In this document: positions 1 through 9,700 of the stretch, piece after piece
Layout: each line of letters opens with the position of its first letter
Numbering within the stretch: position 1 is the first letter of the stretch
DNA from: Rhodomicrobium sp.
Lineage (GTDB): Bacteria; Pseudomonadota; Alphaproteobacteria; Rhizobiales; Rhodomicrobiaceae
NCBI GenBank assembly: GCA_052145975.1
Contig: JBKQNN010000018.1
Location: 1-42,835 of the forward strand
Length of the DNA: 42,835 nt
Direction of reading: 5' to 3'
Made by a program: the position numbers and the translations under genes
Notes under the pieces: model-generated
Told to the model about the DNA's origin: nothing
What the model saw: the letters and a program-made list of their open reading frames with translations, nothing else
The model's database searches: none

Positions 1-129
1 GCGCCGGGCCGTATCGGCCAGCAGCGGCTCGGCGCTGACAAGGGCATGAAACTGCTTTGGGTGCTGCGCCCGGGATAAGGGCCAAAGCCTCGAACCCGAT
101 CCTCCCGCGAGTATGACAGGAATAATCAC
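1..129 (-). CDS. manC: mannose-1-phosphate guanylyltransferase (ManC/CpsB-like), 5' end only; runs off the window
   Basis: Not in the ORF track. Manual translation from GTG at 129 gives MIIPVILAGGSGSRLWPLSRAQHPKQFHAL..., the nucleotidyltransferase motif of ManC/AlgA. A GGAGG RBS lies upstream. Confidence 0.88.
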   Translation of the reverse strand, partial: MIIPVILAGGSGSRLWPLSRAQHPKQFHALVSAEPLLADTARR

Positions 130-346
130 CGGCGCCTCCAATGCAGTAACTGAGGCCCAACGAATGGCCGGAGATTCAGGCGAATTCAAGCAATAGTTTC
201 AGGTCCGGTACCGGCCGCCAAAGCTTCTGACACTCTTGCGCAAGGGGTGTGGCAGCGGCTTACAGCCCGTGGGAGCAGCCATCGCTAGAAAATTGTGGAC
301 ATACACGGTAGAGGGCTATGAGCTCAGATGAGAGTGTATGAGCGTT

Positions 347-1412
347 TCAAGCCTTTGCGTCACTCCAGGTTGTTTCTATGTATCTAATATCTTCAATGGT
401 TGCTTTCGTGAGCGTCAGCTTATGAGTCACTACGGTGCTCCATGTTACTTCGAAAATTATGCCTCCATCATAGACACAAACCGTTTCAAACAACGGCGAG
501 GCGGAAGATAGGCTTGGCCCCGATAAAGGTGGTGTAATTTGTCCTAAATTGGCAAGCCCCAAGGATGGAGCGTTAACCTGGAATAGGGGATTATTATTAC
601 TATATAACTCAGCAGCAGCGGACAAATAACCTAATGTTGGCGAGAAAGTAGGATTAGACGCATCTGTTGAACCAAGTCCGAAAGATACTTGAGTCGGCTT
701 AGCCGTAGTTTTAGTGGCCTTAGCTTGAATCTTTATTCTGGTAGACCAAAATATCTTTTGCCCCTCTTTTTTAACGAAGCCAGTAGGGAATATGCTAGAG
801 CGACCCAAGTCTATTGCATCTGCTCCCTCTGGAATCTTTGAAATTGGTTCTTGAAAACGCTCCCTTATCGTTTTGTAAATAGAATGCTTATAGTACAACG
901 CGTCCTTGTTATCAGCATTGGTAAAGAAGAGATCTTTGGCCCTCGCAATAAGTGGAGATAGATATTCTTCGGTTACAGAGGATGTAATCGTGTTTATAAG
1001 GCTTGGAAGGGTGGGACTCGCAAGACAGAACTACGAATAACGTCCTCCCAAGAAACCTTGTTCGTATCCAGTTTTATAACGTTGACCTTATAATCATTTA
1101 TATGTTTTTTCGATTGTTCTCTCGACATCGGCCTTAAGCGTGTCTTCAGTTATGTTTAGATTATTGCCGATAAGCCGTAAGGTTGCGAATTGGATTAATC
1201 AAATCCATGGCACGATTAGTCATTTGGTAGAGGCGTTCAAGTCTTACAATCTCAGGAAGACACCATTCGATCTCAATATCACTATGCGCTGACTGTTCCT
1301 GGATTAACTTTGAAACCTCTAAAGCAAATAGGTAATGAGCATGCTGATTATAGATAGCATTTGTATCAAATACAACCTTTAGTACCGGTTTTTTGGGTTT
1401 TCTTGGAGACAT
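347..1412 (-). pseudogene. degraded PIN-like domain protein (DUF4935-like) in an AT-rich insert
   Basis: The N-terminus KVVFDTNAIY...LPEIVRLE is PIN-like. The reading continues through frame changes near 1178 (RLIGNNLNITEDTL), the A6 run at 1105-1110 (HINDYKV...VSWEDVIRSSVLRVPPFQ) and near 1000 (LINTITSS...DALYYKH), where it joins ORF 347-898. Confidence 0.7.
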
Positions 1413-1527
1413 AGCCAGCCAACCATATTTCTGCTTTCCGTAGTTTAGGCAAAATGCTTATACCCTCAATAGTTATGTTTTGTTTAAAAGCCTATATCTA
1501 TATAGTTAATTCCGGACGCAGGGTACA

Positions 1528-2565
1528 CTACCCGCCGGTCATGCTCATGTGGCGCGACACGGCCGGCTTTTGCGCGCGCCTATCGATCGCAAAGTCATGG
1601 CCCTTCGGTTTGCGCGCGATGGCTTCGTCGATGGCGGCGTTCAAGAACTCGTTCGATGCGCCCGCCCGCAAGGGAGCCCGCAGGTCCGCGGCGTCGTTCT
1701 GGCCGAGGCACATGTAGAGCGTGCCGGTGCAGGTCACGCGCACCCGGTTGCAGCTCTCGCAAAAATTATGGGTGAGGGGCGTAATGAAGCCGAGCCGGCC
1801 CCCGGTTTCGCGCACGCGCACGTAGCGCGCCGGGCCGCCTGTGCGATAAGGTATGTCCTCCAGCGTCAGGCTGTCCATGAGGCGCGCGCGCACCACGGAA
1901 AGCGGCAGATATTGATCGGTGCGGTCGCCCTCGATGTCGCCGAGCGGCATGGTTTCGATCAGCGTCAGGTCCATGCCTTCGCCGTGGCACCAGCGGAGCA
2001 TCTCGCCGATCTCGCCCTCGTTGAGGCCTTTCAAAGCGACCATGTTGATCTTGATCTTGAGCCCCGCGTTTTGCGCGGAGCGGATGCCGTCCATCACTTT
2101 GTTGAGATCGCCCCAGCGGGTGACCGACTGGAATTTCGCCGGGTCGCGCGTGTCGAGCGAGACGTTGATCCGGCGCACGCCCGCGGCGGCCAGCTCGCTT
2201 GCGTATTTGCCGAGCTGGGTGCCGTTAGTGGTGACGGTCAGCTCATCCAGGACACCGCTCGCCAAATGCCGCGAAAGCGCATCGAACAGCCACATGACGT
2301 TCTTGCGCACCAGGGGCTCGCCGCCGGTCAGCCGCAGCTTGCGCACGCCTTTGGCGATGAAGGCGGCGCAGAGGCGGTCCAGCTCCTCTAGCGTGAGCAG
2401 ATCCGCCCTCGGCAGAAACGTCATGTTCTCGGCCATGCAATAGACGCAACGGAGATCGCAACGATCCGTCACCGATACCCGCAAATAGGTAACGTGCCTG
2501 CCGAAGGGGTCCACCATGGCGCCGCCGGCGATAGGCAACGCAGCGGGGGGAAATTGAAGGGACAT
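1528..2565 (-). CDS. moaA: GTP 3',8-cyclase (molybdenum cofactor biosynthesis radical SAM enzyme)
   Basis: [17 protein letters not shown] (CxxxCxxC), RLTGGEPL, C-terminal [10 protein letters not shown] cluster motif and terminal GG. The start could be 2574, 2565 or 2517. Confidence 0.97.
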   Translation of the reverse strand: MSLQFPPAALPIAGGAMVDPFGRHVTYLRVSVTDRCDLRCVYCMAENMTFLPRADLLTLEELDRLCAAFIAKGVRKLRLTGGEPLVRKNVMWLFDALSRHLASGVLDELTVTTNGTQLGKYASELAAAGVRRINVSLDTRDPAKFQSVTRWGDLNKVMDGIRSAQNAGLKIKINMVALKGLNEGEIGEMLRWCHGEGMDLTLIETMPLGDIEGDRTDQYLPLSVVRARLMDSLTLEDIPYRTGGPARYVRVRETGGRLGFITPLTHNFCESCNRVRVTCTGTLYMCLGQNDAADLRAPLRAGASNEFLNAAIDEAIARKPKGHDFAIDRRAQKPAVSRHMSMTGG

Positions 2566-2684
2566 GAGCGCCACCCGGAAATTTTGTTCGGTTGTTTTTT
2601 CTTATATGGGCAGAGCTTAGCACAGTTGTAGCGGAAGCGCCGTGATCCAAAAGGAGGGCCTCTGCGGGAGAAGGCCAGCTTACG

Positions 2685-3005
2685 TCACGCTTTCACGAAG
2701 CCGATGTGTTCCTCGATCAGGGCGAGACGCTGATCCATCGAGTTGAGCCGCGAGCCGGTGACTTGCTGCGCCTTGCCGATTGCGGTGACGGAGGCCGCCA
2801 TTTCCTTCAAAATCTGCAGCATCTCATTTTGCGCAGCCTCTGTAAGTGCAAGCCGCCTGTCGATATTTTCAATGCGTCCGTCAGACGTTTCTAAGCGGGC
2901 GTCAATCGCGTCGAAGCGTGCGCCAACCTCTTTACGGAACGCCGCCGCGTCGGCTCGCATTTCGCGAAGCTGCACCAGGACAAGGTTTTCGGGTTCGTCA
3001 GCCAT
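2685..3005 (-). CDS. small coiled-coil hypothetical protein (106 aa)
   Basis: MADEPENLVLVQLREMRAD...RFDAIDARLE...IDRRL...MDQRLALIE shows a heptad pattern. Start taken at ATG 3005. Confidence 0.7.
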   Translation of the reverse strand: MADEPENLVLVQLREMRADAAAFRKEVGARFDAIDARLETSDGRIENIDRRLALTEAAQNEMLQILKEMAASVTAIGKAQQVTGSRLNSMDQRLALIEEHIGFVKA

Positions 3006-3192
3006 TTCCGCATAATGCCTTTCCGCCGCCGGTAACGCAAGCTCTGGCGCAGGATTGGCGGGGGCCATGCTTCGCCGCCATAGGTTCATCGTGCCCCGCC
3101 AATGAGCTTGATTGAGAGCGTGCCAACTCTAAAATGCAAGCCCTCGAAGGCGAGTAAGAAATAAATTTGCATTATCATTGTGGAGCGGAAGC

Positions 3193-3753
3193 ATGGATGC
3201 CTACGAAGCGCTGATCACGCGCGTTAGCCCAAAGGAACTCGGCGAGCCCGCGCCGGATGAAGCGGCGCTGCACAAGATCGTCGCCGCGGCGCTGCGCGCG
3301 CCCGATCATGGCCGGCTGCGCCCATGGCGTTTCATAGCGATCCGGGGCGAGGGCAGGAACCGCCTGGGCGACTTGCTGGCCTCCTCGCTGAGCCGCCGCG
3401 ATCCTAACGCGGGCGCGGAATTGGAGCGGGAGCGGCAGAAGCCGTTGCGCGCGCCGCTGGTGCTGGTGGTGGCAGCGCATATCGTGCCCAGCCCCAAGAT
3501 CCCGCCGGTGGAGCAGCTTCTCTCGGCCGGCGCCGCGGCCCAGAACATCATGCTGGCCTGCCACGCTCTTGGCTACGGCGCTATGTGGAAGACCGGCGCT
3601 CCGGCCTACGACGCCAGCGTGAAGGCGGCGCTCGGGCTCAAGGCCGCGGACGAGATCGCGGGCTTTCTGTACATCGGCACACCCTTAGTCATGCCGAAGG
3701 CTCCCGCCCCGCTCGACCCAGCCGATTTCGTGAAAGCCTGGCCGGCGGTATAA
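3193..3753 (+). CDS. nitroreductase family protein (YdjA-like)
   Basis: RVSPKEL, RAPDHGRLRPWRF, AAAQNIMLACHALGYGAMWKTG and GFLYIG motifs; GGAG RBS before ATG 3193. Confidence 0.92.
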   Translation: MDAYEALITRVSPKELGEPAPDEAALHKIVAAALRAPDHGRLRPWRFIAIRGEGRNRLGDLLASSLSRRDPNAGAELERERQKPLRAPLVLVVAAHIVPSPKIPPVEQLLSAGAAAQNIMLACHALGYGAMWKTGAPAYDASVKAALGLKAADEIAGFLYIGTPLVMPKAPAPLDPADFVKAWPAV

Positions 3754-3841
3754 GCCCAGCCGCCAAATTCTTGACTGTTCCGCGCCACCACCGTGATCGC
3801 GAGGCGGCCCTTTGCCGCCTCGGGCGTCCAGCAACGAATTC

Positions 3842-4012
3842 ATACCGAATCCGGTTGATTGCTTCGCTAAGCCCCCCTCATCCTGTCCTTCTCCCCGAGG
3901 GGAGAAGGGACCCCTAAATAATCCGCAGCGGCAATTCTAGGGTCCTCTCTCCCCTTGGGGAGAGAGACAGAGTGAGGGGGGCTTTGCTGAACCAATCAAC
4001 CGGATTTCGTAT
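3842..4012. repeat. long palindromic REP/REPIN-like element, CCCCTCA-core family, copy 1
   Basis: Outer arms ATACCGAATCCGGTTGATTG...CAATCAACCGGATTTCGTAT enclose the core CCCCTCATCCTGTCCTTCTCCCCGAGGGGAGAAGG...GGGGAGAGAGACAGAGTGAGGGG. It lies between convergent genes. Confidence 0.85.
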
Positions 4013-4048
4013 CAGTTGTCATGCCCGGGATGGGCTGGGAGGCGCGAT

Positions 4049-4297
4049 TTAGCAGAGAAGCGCCGGGCGGCCCATCGCCGTGATCTTGGGCGCTCCTTTT
4101 TCGCGGGAAGCAATCTTCAGTTTTGCGGCGTAAATGGCAAGGTTGTCGGACAAATCGGATGCTTTTTCCGGGCTTAGCTGGATATAGGCGAGCGTCTCGC
4201 CGTCGCGGTCTTCAATTTGAATCGTGATCTTTTTGTCGTCCTCGTCGGCCCACGCTCTGATGACCGTAGATCCCCGTCCAGTCTGATCCTTTTTCAT
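4049..4297 (-). CDS. small hypothetical protein (82 aa)
   Basis: ATG 4297 with an AAGGGG RBS; natural composition (MKKDQTGRGSTVIRAWADEDDKKITIQIEDRDGETLAYIQL...). Confidence 0.7.
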   Translation of the reverse strand: MKKDQTGRGSTVIRAWADEDDKKITIQIEDRDGETLAYIQLSPEKASDLSDNLAIYAAKLKIASREKGAPKITAMGRPALLC

Positions 4298-4369
4298 CGT
4301 CCGGCTTCCCCTTACTCGATACAAAATCGGGCGCCCAGCTTACGCCCGGCTCCAACAGCTTAACTTTTA

Positions 4370-4385
4370 AGCAAGGATTGTGCCG
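4370..4385 (-). promoter_or_regulatory. candidate sigma54 (-24/-12) promoter
   Basis: The minus strand reads CGGCACAATCCTTGCT, matching TGGCAC-N5-TTGCW. It sits about 70 nt upstream of ORF 4049-4297 in the same orientation. Confidence 0.6.
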
Positions 4386-4463
4386 GATTTATGCCGTCAC
4401 GCCCCCCTGTCAAGCCCTGAAACCGCCGCCCCGGATGGTGCGAAAGCACCCTCCGGTAGCATC

Positions 4464-4478
4464 TTAACTGGCTATTAA
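4464..4478. promoter_or_regulatory. candidate CtrA box
   Basis: TTAACTGGCTATTAA is a perfect TTAA-N7-TTAA. Confidence 0.55.
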
Positions 4479-4548
4479 GCAAATCAAAAAAACCGCCAAT
4501 CGCCGCAGAACGCACGGGGTGCAACGGTCAGCATCTAAGCCGCGGAAT

Positions 4549-4950
4549 TTACTCGGATTGCGCGGGGGAGCCGGGCAGACGCGAGCCCTCCTTCAGTGCC
4601 TTCACGGTAAGTTCGCGCAGTTCTTCAAGCTGGCGGCTGAAGGTCTCCATTTGCTCGCGCATATACGCGTTCTGCATCTCGACGATGTCGCTGAGCTGAC
4701 GCGCGTCGGTAAGCCGAGCCGCGAGATTGAAATTCGCCTCGGCGTTTTGCTTGGTGAACGCCGCCACCTTTTCGTTGAGGTGCTTGAGGTTATCCGCGAC
4801 GGGGTTCGACGACGTGTCGACGCCATGCATCATATTTTCGCTGGTCGAGACGAAGCTATCGAACGCCTTCCGCGCCTGTTCGATGCTCGACTTCATGATG
4901 CTGCGGATGGAATCGGGAAGCTCTGCGAAATTCGGGGTTTGCGGTTGCAT
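4549..4950 (-). CDS. phaP: phasin (PHA granule-associated protein, Phasin_2 family)
   Basis: FAELPDSIRSIMKSSIEQARKAFDSF...KVAAFTKQNAEANFNLAARL...DIVEMQNAYMREQMETFSRQLEEL is typical of alphaproteobacterial phasins; GGAG RBS. Confidence 0.85.
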   Translation of the reverse strand: MQPQTPNFAELPDSIRSIMKSSIEQARKAFDSFVSTSENMMHGVDTSSNPVADNLKHLNEKVAAFTKQNAEANFNLAARLTDARQLSDIVEMQNAYMREQMETFSRQLEELRELTVKALKEGSRLPGSPAQSE

Positions 4951-5137
4951 GACGCTCTCCGTGATTGGTTCTCATCGAAAGTAGAAAAAGCGCAAAGCAG
5001 GCGCTTATTGCATCGGCGAAGCGCTTACCTGAACTATTGAAGAGGATGCCGCAATTAGCAAGCTGAATAGCTAGGGAATCCTCGTCTTGGGTAAACTCAA
5101 TGTGAAGTCCTCGCGGGTGCTCAATTCCCAAGACAAC

Positions 5138-5599
5138 CTAACGCGATTTTTTGAACATGCTGGGCAACGCAATCGTTGCTATTAAGGTGAGGATAAGCGC
5201 CCAGACGAAATCCGGCGCCACCGCGCCTACCTTGATGCGGGGATCGGCTGCTGTCAGGCCGGCACCCCGGATTAGCGGGTCCGCCAGCTTTACGCACGCG
5301 TCGACGATCTTGGTGAGCGCATTGGCCAACGTCAGCGGCGCCAGGTCGTTGAGCTTGGCGTAGGCCGCGTCCCCTGTCACGGCAATGCAGGCCCACAGCA
5401 CGGCGATTTGCACAGGCTCCCGCGCCCGCGTTAGAAGACCGTAGCCCATGAACCCGCCGGAAACGATTCCCAGTGCGGCAGCCGCGCCGCGCGCCGGAGC
5501 GAACAGGATGAGCGCCACCACCAACGCTACAAGAAGTGCTGCGCCCACGAACGGCGCCAAACGTTTCCGCCAAGTTTGAACCCTATCGCGCCAAGCCAT
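5138..5599 (-). CDS. hypothetical membrane protein (about 4 TM, 153 aa)
   Basis: GGGGAG RBS before ATG 5599; several hydrophobic stretches. Confidence 0.7.
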   Translation of the reverse strand: MAWRDRVQTWRKRLAPFVGAALLVALVVALILFAPARGAAAALGIVSGGFMGYGLLTRAREPVQIAVLWACIAVTGDAAYAKLNDLAPLTLANALTKIVDACVKLADPLIRGAGLTAADPRIKVGAVAPDFVWALILTLIATIALPSMFKKSR

Positions 5600-5702
5600 T
5601 GCTTCTCCCCTGATTCGATTCGCACTGCGGACCAAGCATAGAACAGCTTGGAGGCGCTGACGACCAGCGCCGCTCAAGCCATTGGCGAAGCACGCTTTCT
5701 TC

Positions 5703-6200
5703 TTAGGGGTGGCTGGCCTCCTTTGAGCCCTGCTGCTTCTTCAGCGTATAAACGTAGCCGTTGAGGCCCGCCTTGGCCGTGGTGCCGTCAACGAAATGGA
5801 AGTCGATCTCGCAGCCTGTCTCCAGCGTCTTGATACCGGCCGCCGGAAAGCCGAGCGCGGCCGCGATTTTATTAGGATCGGTGGATCTGTCCTTCGTCTG
5901 CATCTCCCCGAACGCGCCCTGGAAAACCATGTCCGGGCTGTAGTCCTTAAGCTTATAGTGCGCACCCTTGCACGCGAACGGTTGCGGCCCGTCGATTTCG
6001 CCTGGCTTGAAAATGACGGTCTTGCCGAGCAGCCGCTCCGGCTCCGCCTTATCGGGCATGAGCGCCGCAGGATCGGCCCAGGGCGCCACCACGGCGGCGG
6101 AAAGCTTCCATGTCCCGAGGTAGTCTGGGCCGGCGCCTAGTGCGGTTGCGAATGGCGCGGCGGAGATGGCCAGCGCGGCGGCAAGCGTGACAAGTTTCAT
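5703..6200 (-). CDS. secreted hypothetical protein (165 aa)
   Basis: Signal peptide MKLVTLAAALAISAAPFATALGA; YLGTWKL lipocalin-like start; two Cys; AGGGG RBS. Confidence 0.75.
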   Translation of the reverse strand: MKLVTLAAALAISAAPFATALGAGPDYLGTWKLSAAVVAPWADPAALMPDKAEPERLLGKTVIFKPGEIDGPQPFACKGAHYKLKDYSPDMVFQGAFGEMQTKDRSTDPNKIAAALGFPAAGIKTLETGCEIDFHFVDGTTAKAGLNGYVYTLKKQQGSKEASHP

Positions 6201-6364
6201 GTTTCGCACCCCTAACAGAAATTCGCTGCGGTCTAACACGAAATCCGGCTGAACACTTCCGCTATCGTCATCGCGAAGCGGCAAAGCCGCCGTGGCCATA
6301 AGCAACATCCGTGACTTGGCATCTGGATTGGTAATAGGTGCAAAAGTCCGGGCAAGCTCGCACC

Positions 6365-6451
6365 GTCATTCCCGCGAAGGCGGGAATCCATGCAGGCAAG
6401 AAACGCAGGTCTTGCCTGCACTTGCCATGGGCTCCCGCCTGCGCGCGTATG
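6365..6451. repeat. GTCAT-type REP doublet, right end interrupted
   Basis: GTCATTCCCGCGAAGGCGGGAATCCA...TGGGCTCCCGCCTGCGCGCGTATG with an internal TGCAGGCAAG/CTTGCCTGCA hairpin. Confidence 0.75.
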
Positions 6452-6639
6452 CGCTAAAATAACGCTAAGTAACGGATTACGCCGAGGGCATCTCCCCTCA
6501 TCCTGTCCCTCTCCCCATGGGAGAGGGAACCCTCGAACTGCCGTCACGGTTATTCAGGCGTCCCTTCTCCCATGGGGAGAGGGACAGGGTGAGGGGAGAT
6601 TCCCTCTGCGTAATCCGTTACTTAGCGTTATCTTAGCGC
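6451..6639. repeat. long palindromic element, CCCCTCA-core family, copy 2
   Basis: Arms GCGCTAAAATAACGCTAAGTAACGGATTACGC / GCGTAATCCGTTACTTAGCGTTATCTTAGCGC enclose the CCCCTCATCCTGTCCCTCTCCCCATGGGAGAGGG core. Confidence 0.88.
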
Positions 6640-6745
6640 CAATGGGGCTTGACCCGGAGGTGTGAGCGGTTTTTCCGGTAAGGCGCACGGTTAAACAAAG
6701 ACTTAGAGCCCCGCTTTTGATTCCATCAAAAGCGGATAGGCTCTA
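6640..6745. repeat. RIME1/Bru-RS-like MITE, left-truncated copy
   Basis: ...GCGCACGGTTAAACAAAGACTTAGAGCCCCGCTTTTGATTCCATCAAAAGCGGATAGGCTCTA is homologous to 14897-14995 and 19676-19802. Confidence 0.8.
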
Positions 6746-9700
6746 AAGCCCGCCGGTCGTAACGGTTGCTTTGCGTTCGAGCTTGCCCCAGCCGACGATA
6801 CGGCCTTGCACCGCCTTGAGAACCGACTTCGCCACTACATAGTACATGATCTGGCGGTAGCCGAAGCGCTGCAGAACCAGCCACCACAATAGCGAGCGGT
6901 CTTCCTCCTTCTCCAGCAAGAAGGCAATGAGCGCCGCCGTCAGATCGACCGCCATGAACACGGCATAGTAACTAGCCGTAACGAAAAGATTCTCTGAATT
7001 GAATTGCTCGCCGTGTTCCAGATAGTCGGCCACCGATCGCGCGATCTGCCAAATAAGCGCCAGGTCGACAAGAGGCGATACGAGCGTAAGTGCGATCTGG
7101 AAAAGCCACACCTGCGGAAGGGCCACGAGCCCAAGCGCGCCATAGCGGCCGTTGAGGTTCATACGCCTGTGCTTCCACAAGCATTGAAGCGTACCGAACG
7201 CCCAGCGGAACCGCTGCTTTGCGAGCCCGGCGACGGTATCGGGAGCTTCGGTCCACGCTATGGCGGACGGATCGAAAAGCACTTTTTCGCCCTCGCGCTG
7301 GATCTGCAAGGTGAGGTCCTGGTCCTCTGCAAGGGTGTCCGGGGGGAACCCGCCAAGCTTCAAGATGGACTCCCGCCGCCATGCCCCGACCGCGCCAGGC
7401 ACGACGGTGATGCAGCCGAGCGTGGCCAGCGCACGCCGCTCCAGGTTCTGCGCCGAGATATACTCGAGCGCCTGCCAGCGCGTCAGCATATTGATCCGGT
7501 TGCCAACCTTCGCATTTCCGGCAACGGCGCCAACCTTGGGATCGGCAAACCAGCGGACGAGCCTGGATATGGTCAGGGGCTCGAACTGAGTGTCGGCATC
7601 GAGCACCACGACGATGTCGCCGGTTGCCCGCTGCAGGCCAAGATTGATCGCTCTAGCCTTGCCCCCGTTCCGCGCCGTGATGAGCTTGACGCGCGGCTCT
7701 TCGGCGAAGCAGGTGCGCACCACCTCTGAGGTGCCGTCGGTCGAGCCGTCATCGATCACGATGACACTAAGGTTTTGGTGCGTACTATCGAGGATGTGCC
7801 GGATGGACGTGGCGATCACTGGCGCCTCGTTATAGGCCGGTATCAGCACGGAGACCGAAAGGCCCTCCTGGTCCGCAGGCGCCTGCCGGCGCTTCTCGCG
7901 CGCCCGCCCGATCAAAGCGAGCCCGCAGAGCGCCACCAGCCTGGCAAGGCCCAGCGCAATCGCCACAACGAACATCGAGACAAGCGCATCTTCCAGCCAG
8001 CTGATGGTGAAAAACACATACCGGTTCACGAGCGGCGTCGCTTCTTCGGACGGCACCGGCGGCATGGCCTGATCCCTTGTCCACTTGGCAAGCTCCGACA
8101 CCGTGACGAACTCGTAATCCTTGCCCCGCATCGTGTCGATGATCCTTGGCAGCGCCTCAACCGTGCGCCAGCGCTCGCCGCCCCCGTCATGCAGCAGCAC
8201 GACCTGCCCGCGCTTTTCAGGATCTGGGTTCGTCGCCTCCGCAACGACAGTCTTGACGATCTCGTCGGGCGTAACCTTAGCCCGCCAATCGTCGGGATCG
8301 ACCTTAAGTCCGACCGTCAGATAACCAAGGCGCTCGGCGACCTCCATCGGCGCGATCTCTTGCGCAGTCGACGGTTCCGCGTCGCCGAAATAGGGCGGCC
8401 TGAAAAGTCTGGTCGAGCGCCCCGTTAGCGCCTCGATCAGCCGCTGCGTCGCATTCAGTTCGATGCCCGCCACGCTGTCGGGCGTTTCGCCTAGATTGGG
8501 ATGGGTGAAGGTGTGATTGCCGAGATCGTGCCCCTCTGCCAAGACGCGCTGCACGAGCCTCGGATTGGCTGCACCGTTCTCCCCAATGACGAAGAAGGTC
8601 GCATGGACGCTTTTTGCCTTCAATATATCGAGGATTTTCGGTGTCCACTCGGCACTTGGACCGTCGTCGAAGGTCAGCGCGAGCTTCTTGCCCGGAAGCT
8701 CCCCGCCGCGGCGGATCACAAACGAAGCGGGCATCTTCGTGTAATTTTCTCCGGTGATGGTGGCGTTCGCATCGTCAACCTTGAATTCGCGGCTGCCCGG
8801 GGACGGCTCCGCCGCGATCTGCAGAAGCTCGCCGTGGCCGATGAAGTTCACGTCGTTGGTCGGCCTGATCGTCGCCAGCGCGGCAGGCGGCGGGGCATTG
8901 TATGTACGGGGAAGGATGGTCCAGATCGAGGGATCCTCCGCTCCAAGCCGCCAAAGCGCGTACCCCACCGGCCGGTATTTGTCCGCCGCGCGCAAGTGAT
9001 TATAAGCCGTGACCGCGTCGAGGAACCAAACCCGGTGCTTCTTGTCCCCATCGCCATAGGTATAGCGCGGGTTTAGCGTTTCGGGATCGAACTCGATGGT
9101 TGCCTTGGCGTCCCTGGCCGTCAGCACCACCTCCTGAAAGGTGATGTCGTCCGCGTTCGCTTCGCCTTCGGTCCAATCGTACCCGTAATTGCCGACAGCC
9201 ACGATGGTGTGGGCCGGATCGAGATCGCGCATCCTGAGTGCCAGACGGGTGGAGAACCAGGATTGCGAGCCTACCGGTCCGGGATCGCCCGACGACCAGT
9301 GCTCGTCGTACCCCATCAGCATGAGATAATCGCAGCGTTTCGCGTAAGCCTTGTAGTTCCAGGATGGATCGTCGAACGGCGCGGCTACCGTAACCAGCCA
9401 GCCGCGCGGCTTAAATGCGGCGCTTATTTCCGACAGGAACGCCAGCACGTCCTTGTGGGCGGTATCGGGAAACTGCTCGAAGTCGATGGTGACGCCCTGA
9501 AGGTTATTGGCCTCAATAAACTTCGCAATGCCGTCGATGCGGTCTTTCCGCTTCTGCGGATCGGCGAGCAATCGCGCAAGCCCTGCCCCGTCCCACTGAT
9601 AGGTTGACGCGTTTTGGATCATCAAGTTTTGGATCATCACCAGAATAGCCGCCGACGGCTTTTCCTGCCGGATCAGCTCGAGCGCTTTGTCGTCCAGCGT

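Noticed and set aside
1549-2391. Long antisense or alternate-frame ORFs such as 1549-2391, 7004-7729, 21635-22678, 22957-23712 and 29171-29971
   Set aside because: They are shadow ORFs of GC-rich genes, with Arg/Ala/Pro-biased composition, no RBS and no motifs.
3109-3126. sigma54 promoter (TGGCAC on the minus strand)
   Set aside because: There is no TTGC -12 element at the required spacing.
3158-3180. Fur/Mur-like box upstream of the nitroreductase
   Set aside because: Only one half (GATAATG) matches and symmetry is poor; too weak to call.
6233-6665. ORFs 6233-6547 and 6390-6665 (also 3585-3917 and 41768-42223) encoding LPWGEGQ/PSPHG-like peptides
   Set aside because: These are translations of the palindromic repeats, not genes.
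6717-6729. TTGATTCCATCAA as an FNR/FixK box (also in the 14897 copy)
   Set aside because: The spacing is N3 rather than TTGAT-N4-ATCAA, and it is just the hairpin of the RIME-like repeat.
3842-6745. Palindromic repeats as a CRISPR array
   Set aside because: There is no regular repeat-spacer periodicity and no cas genes; these are dispersed REP/MITE elements.
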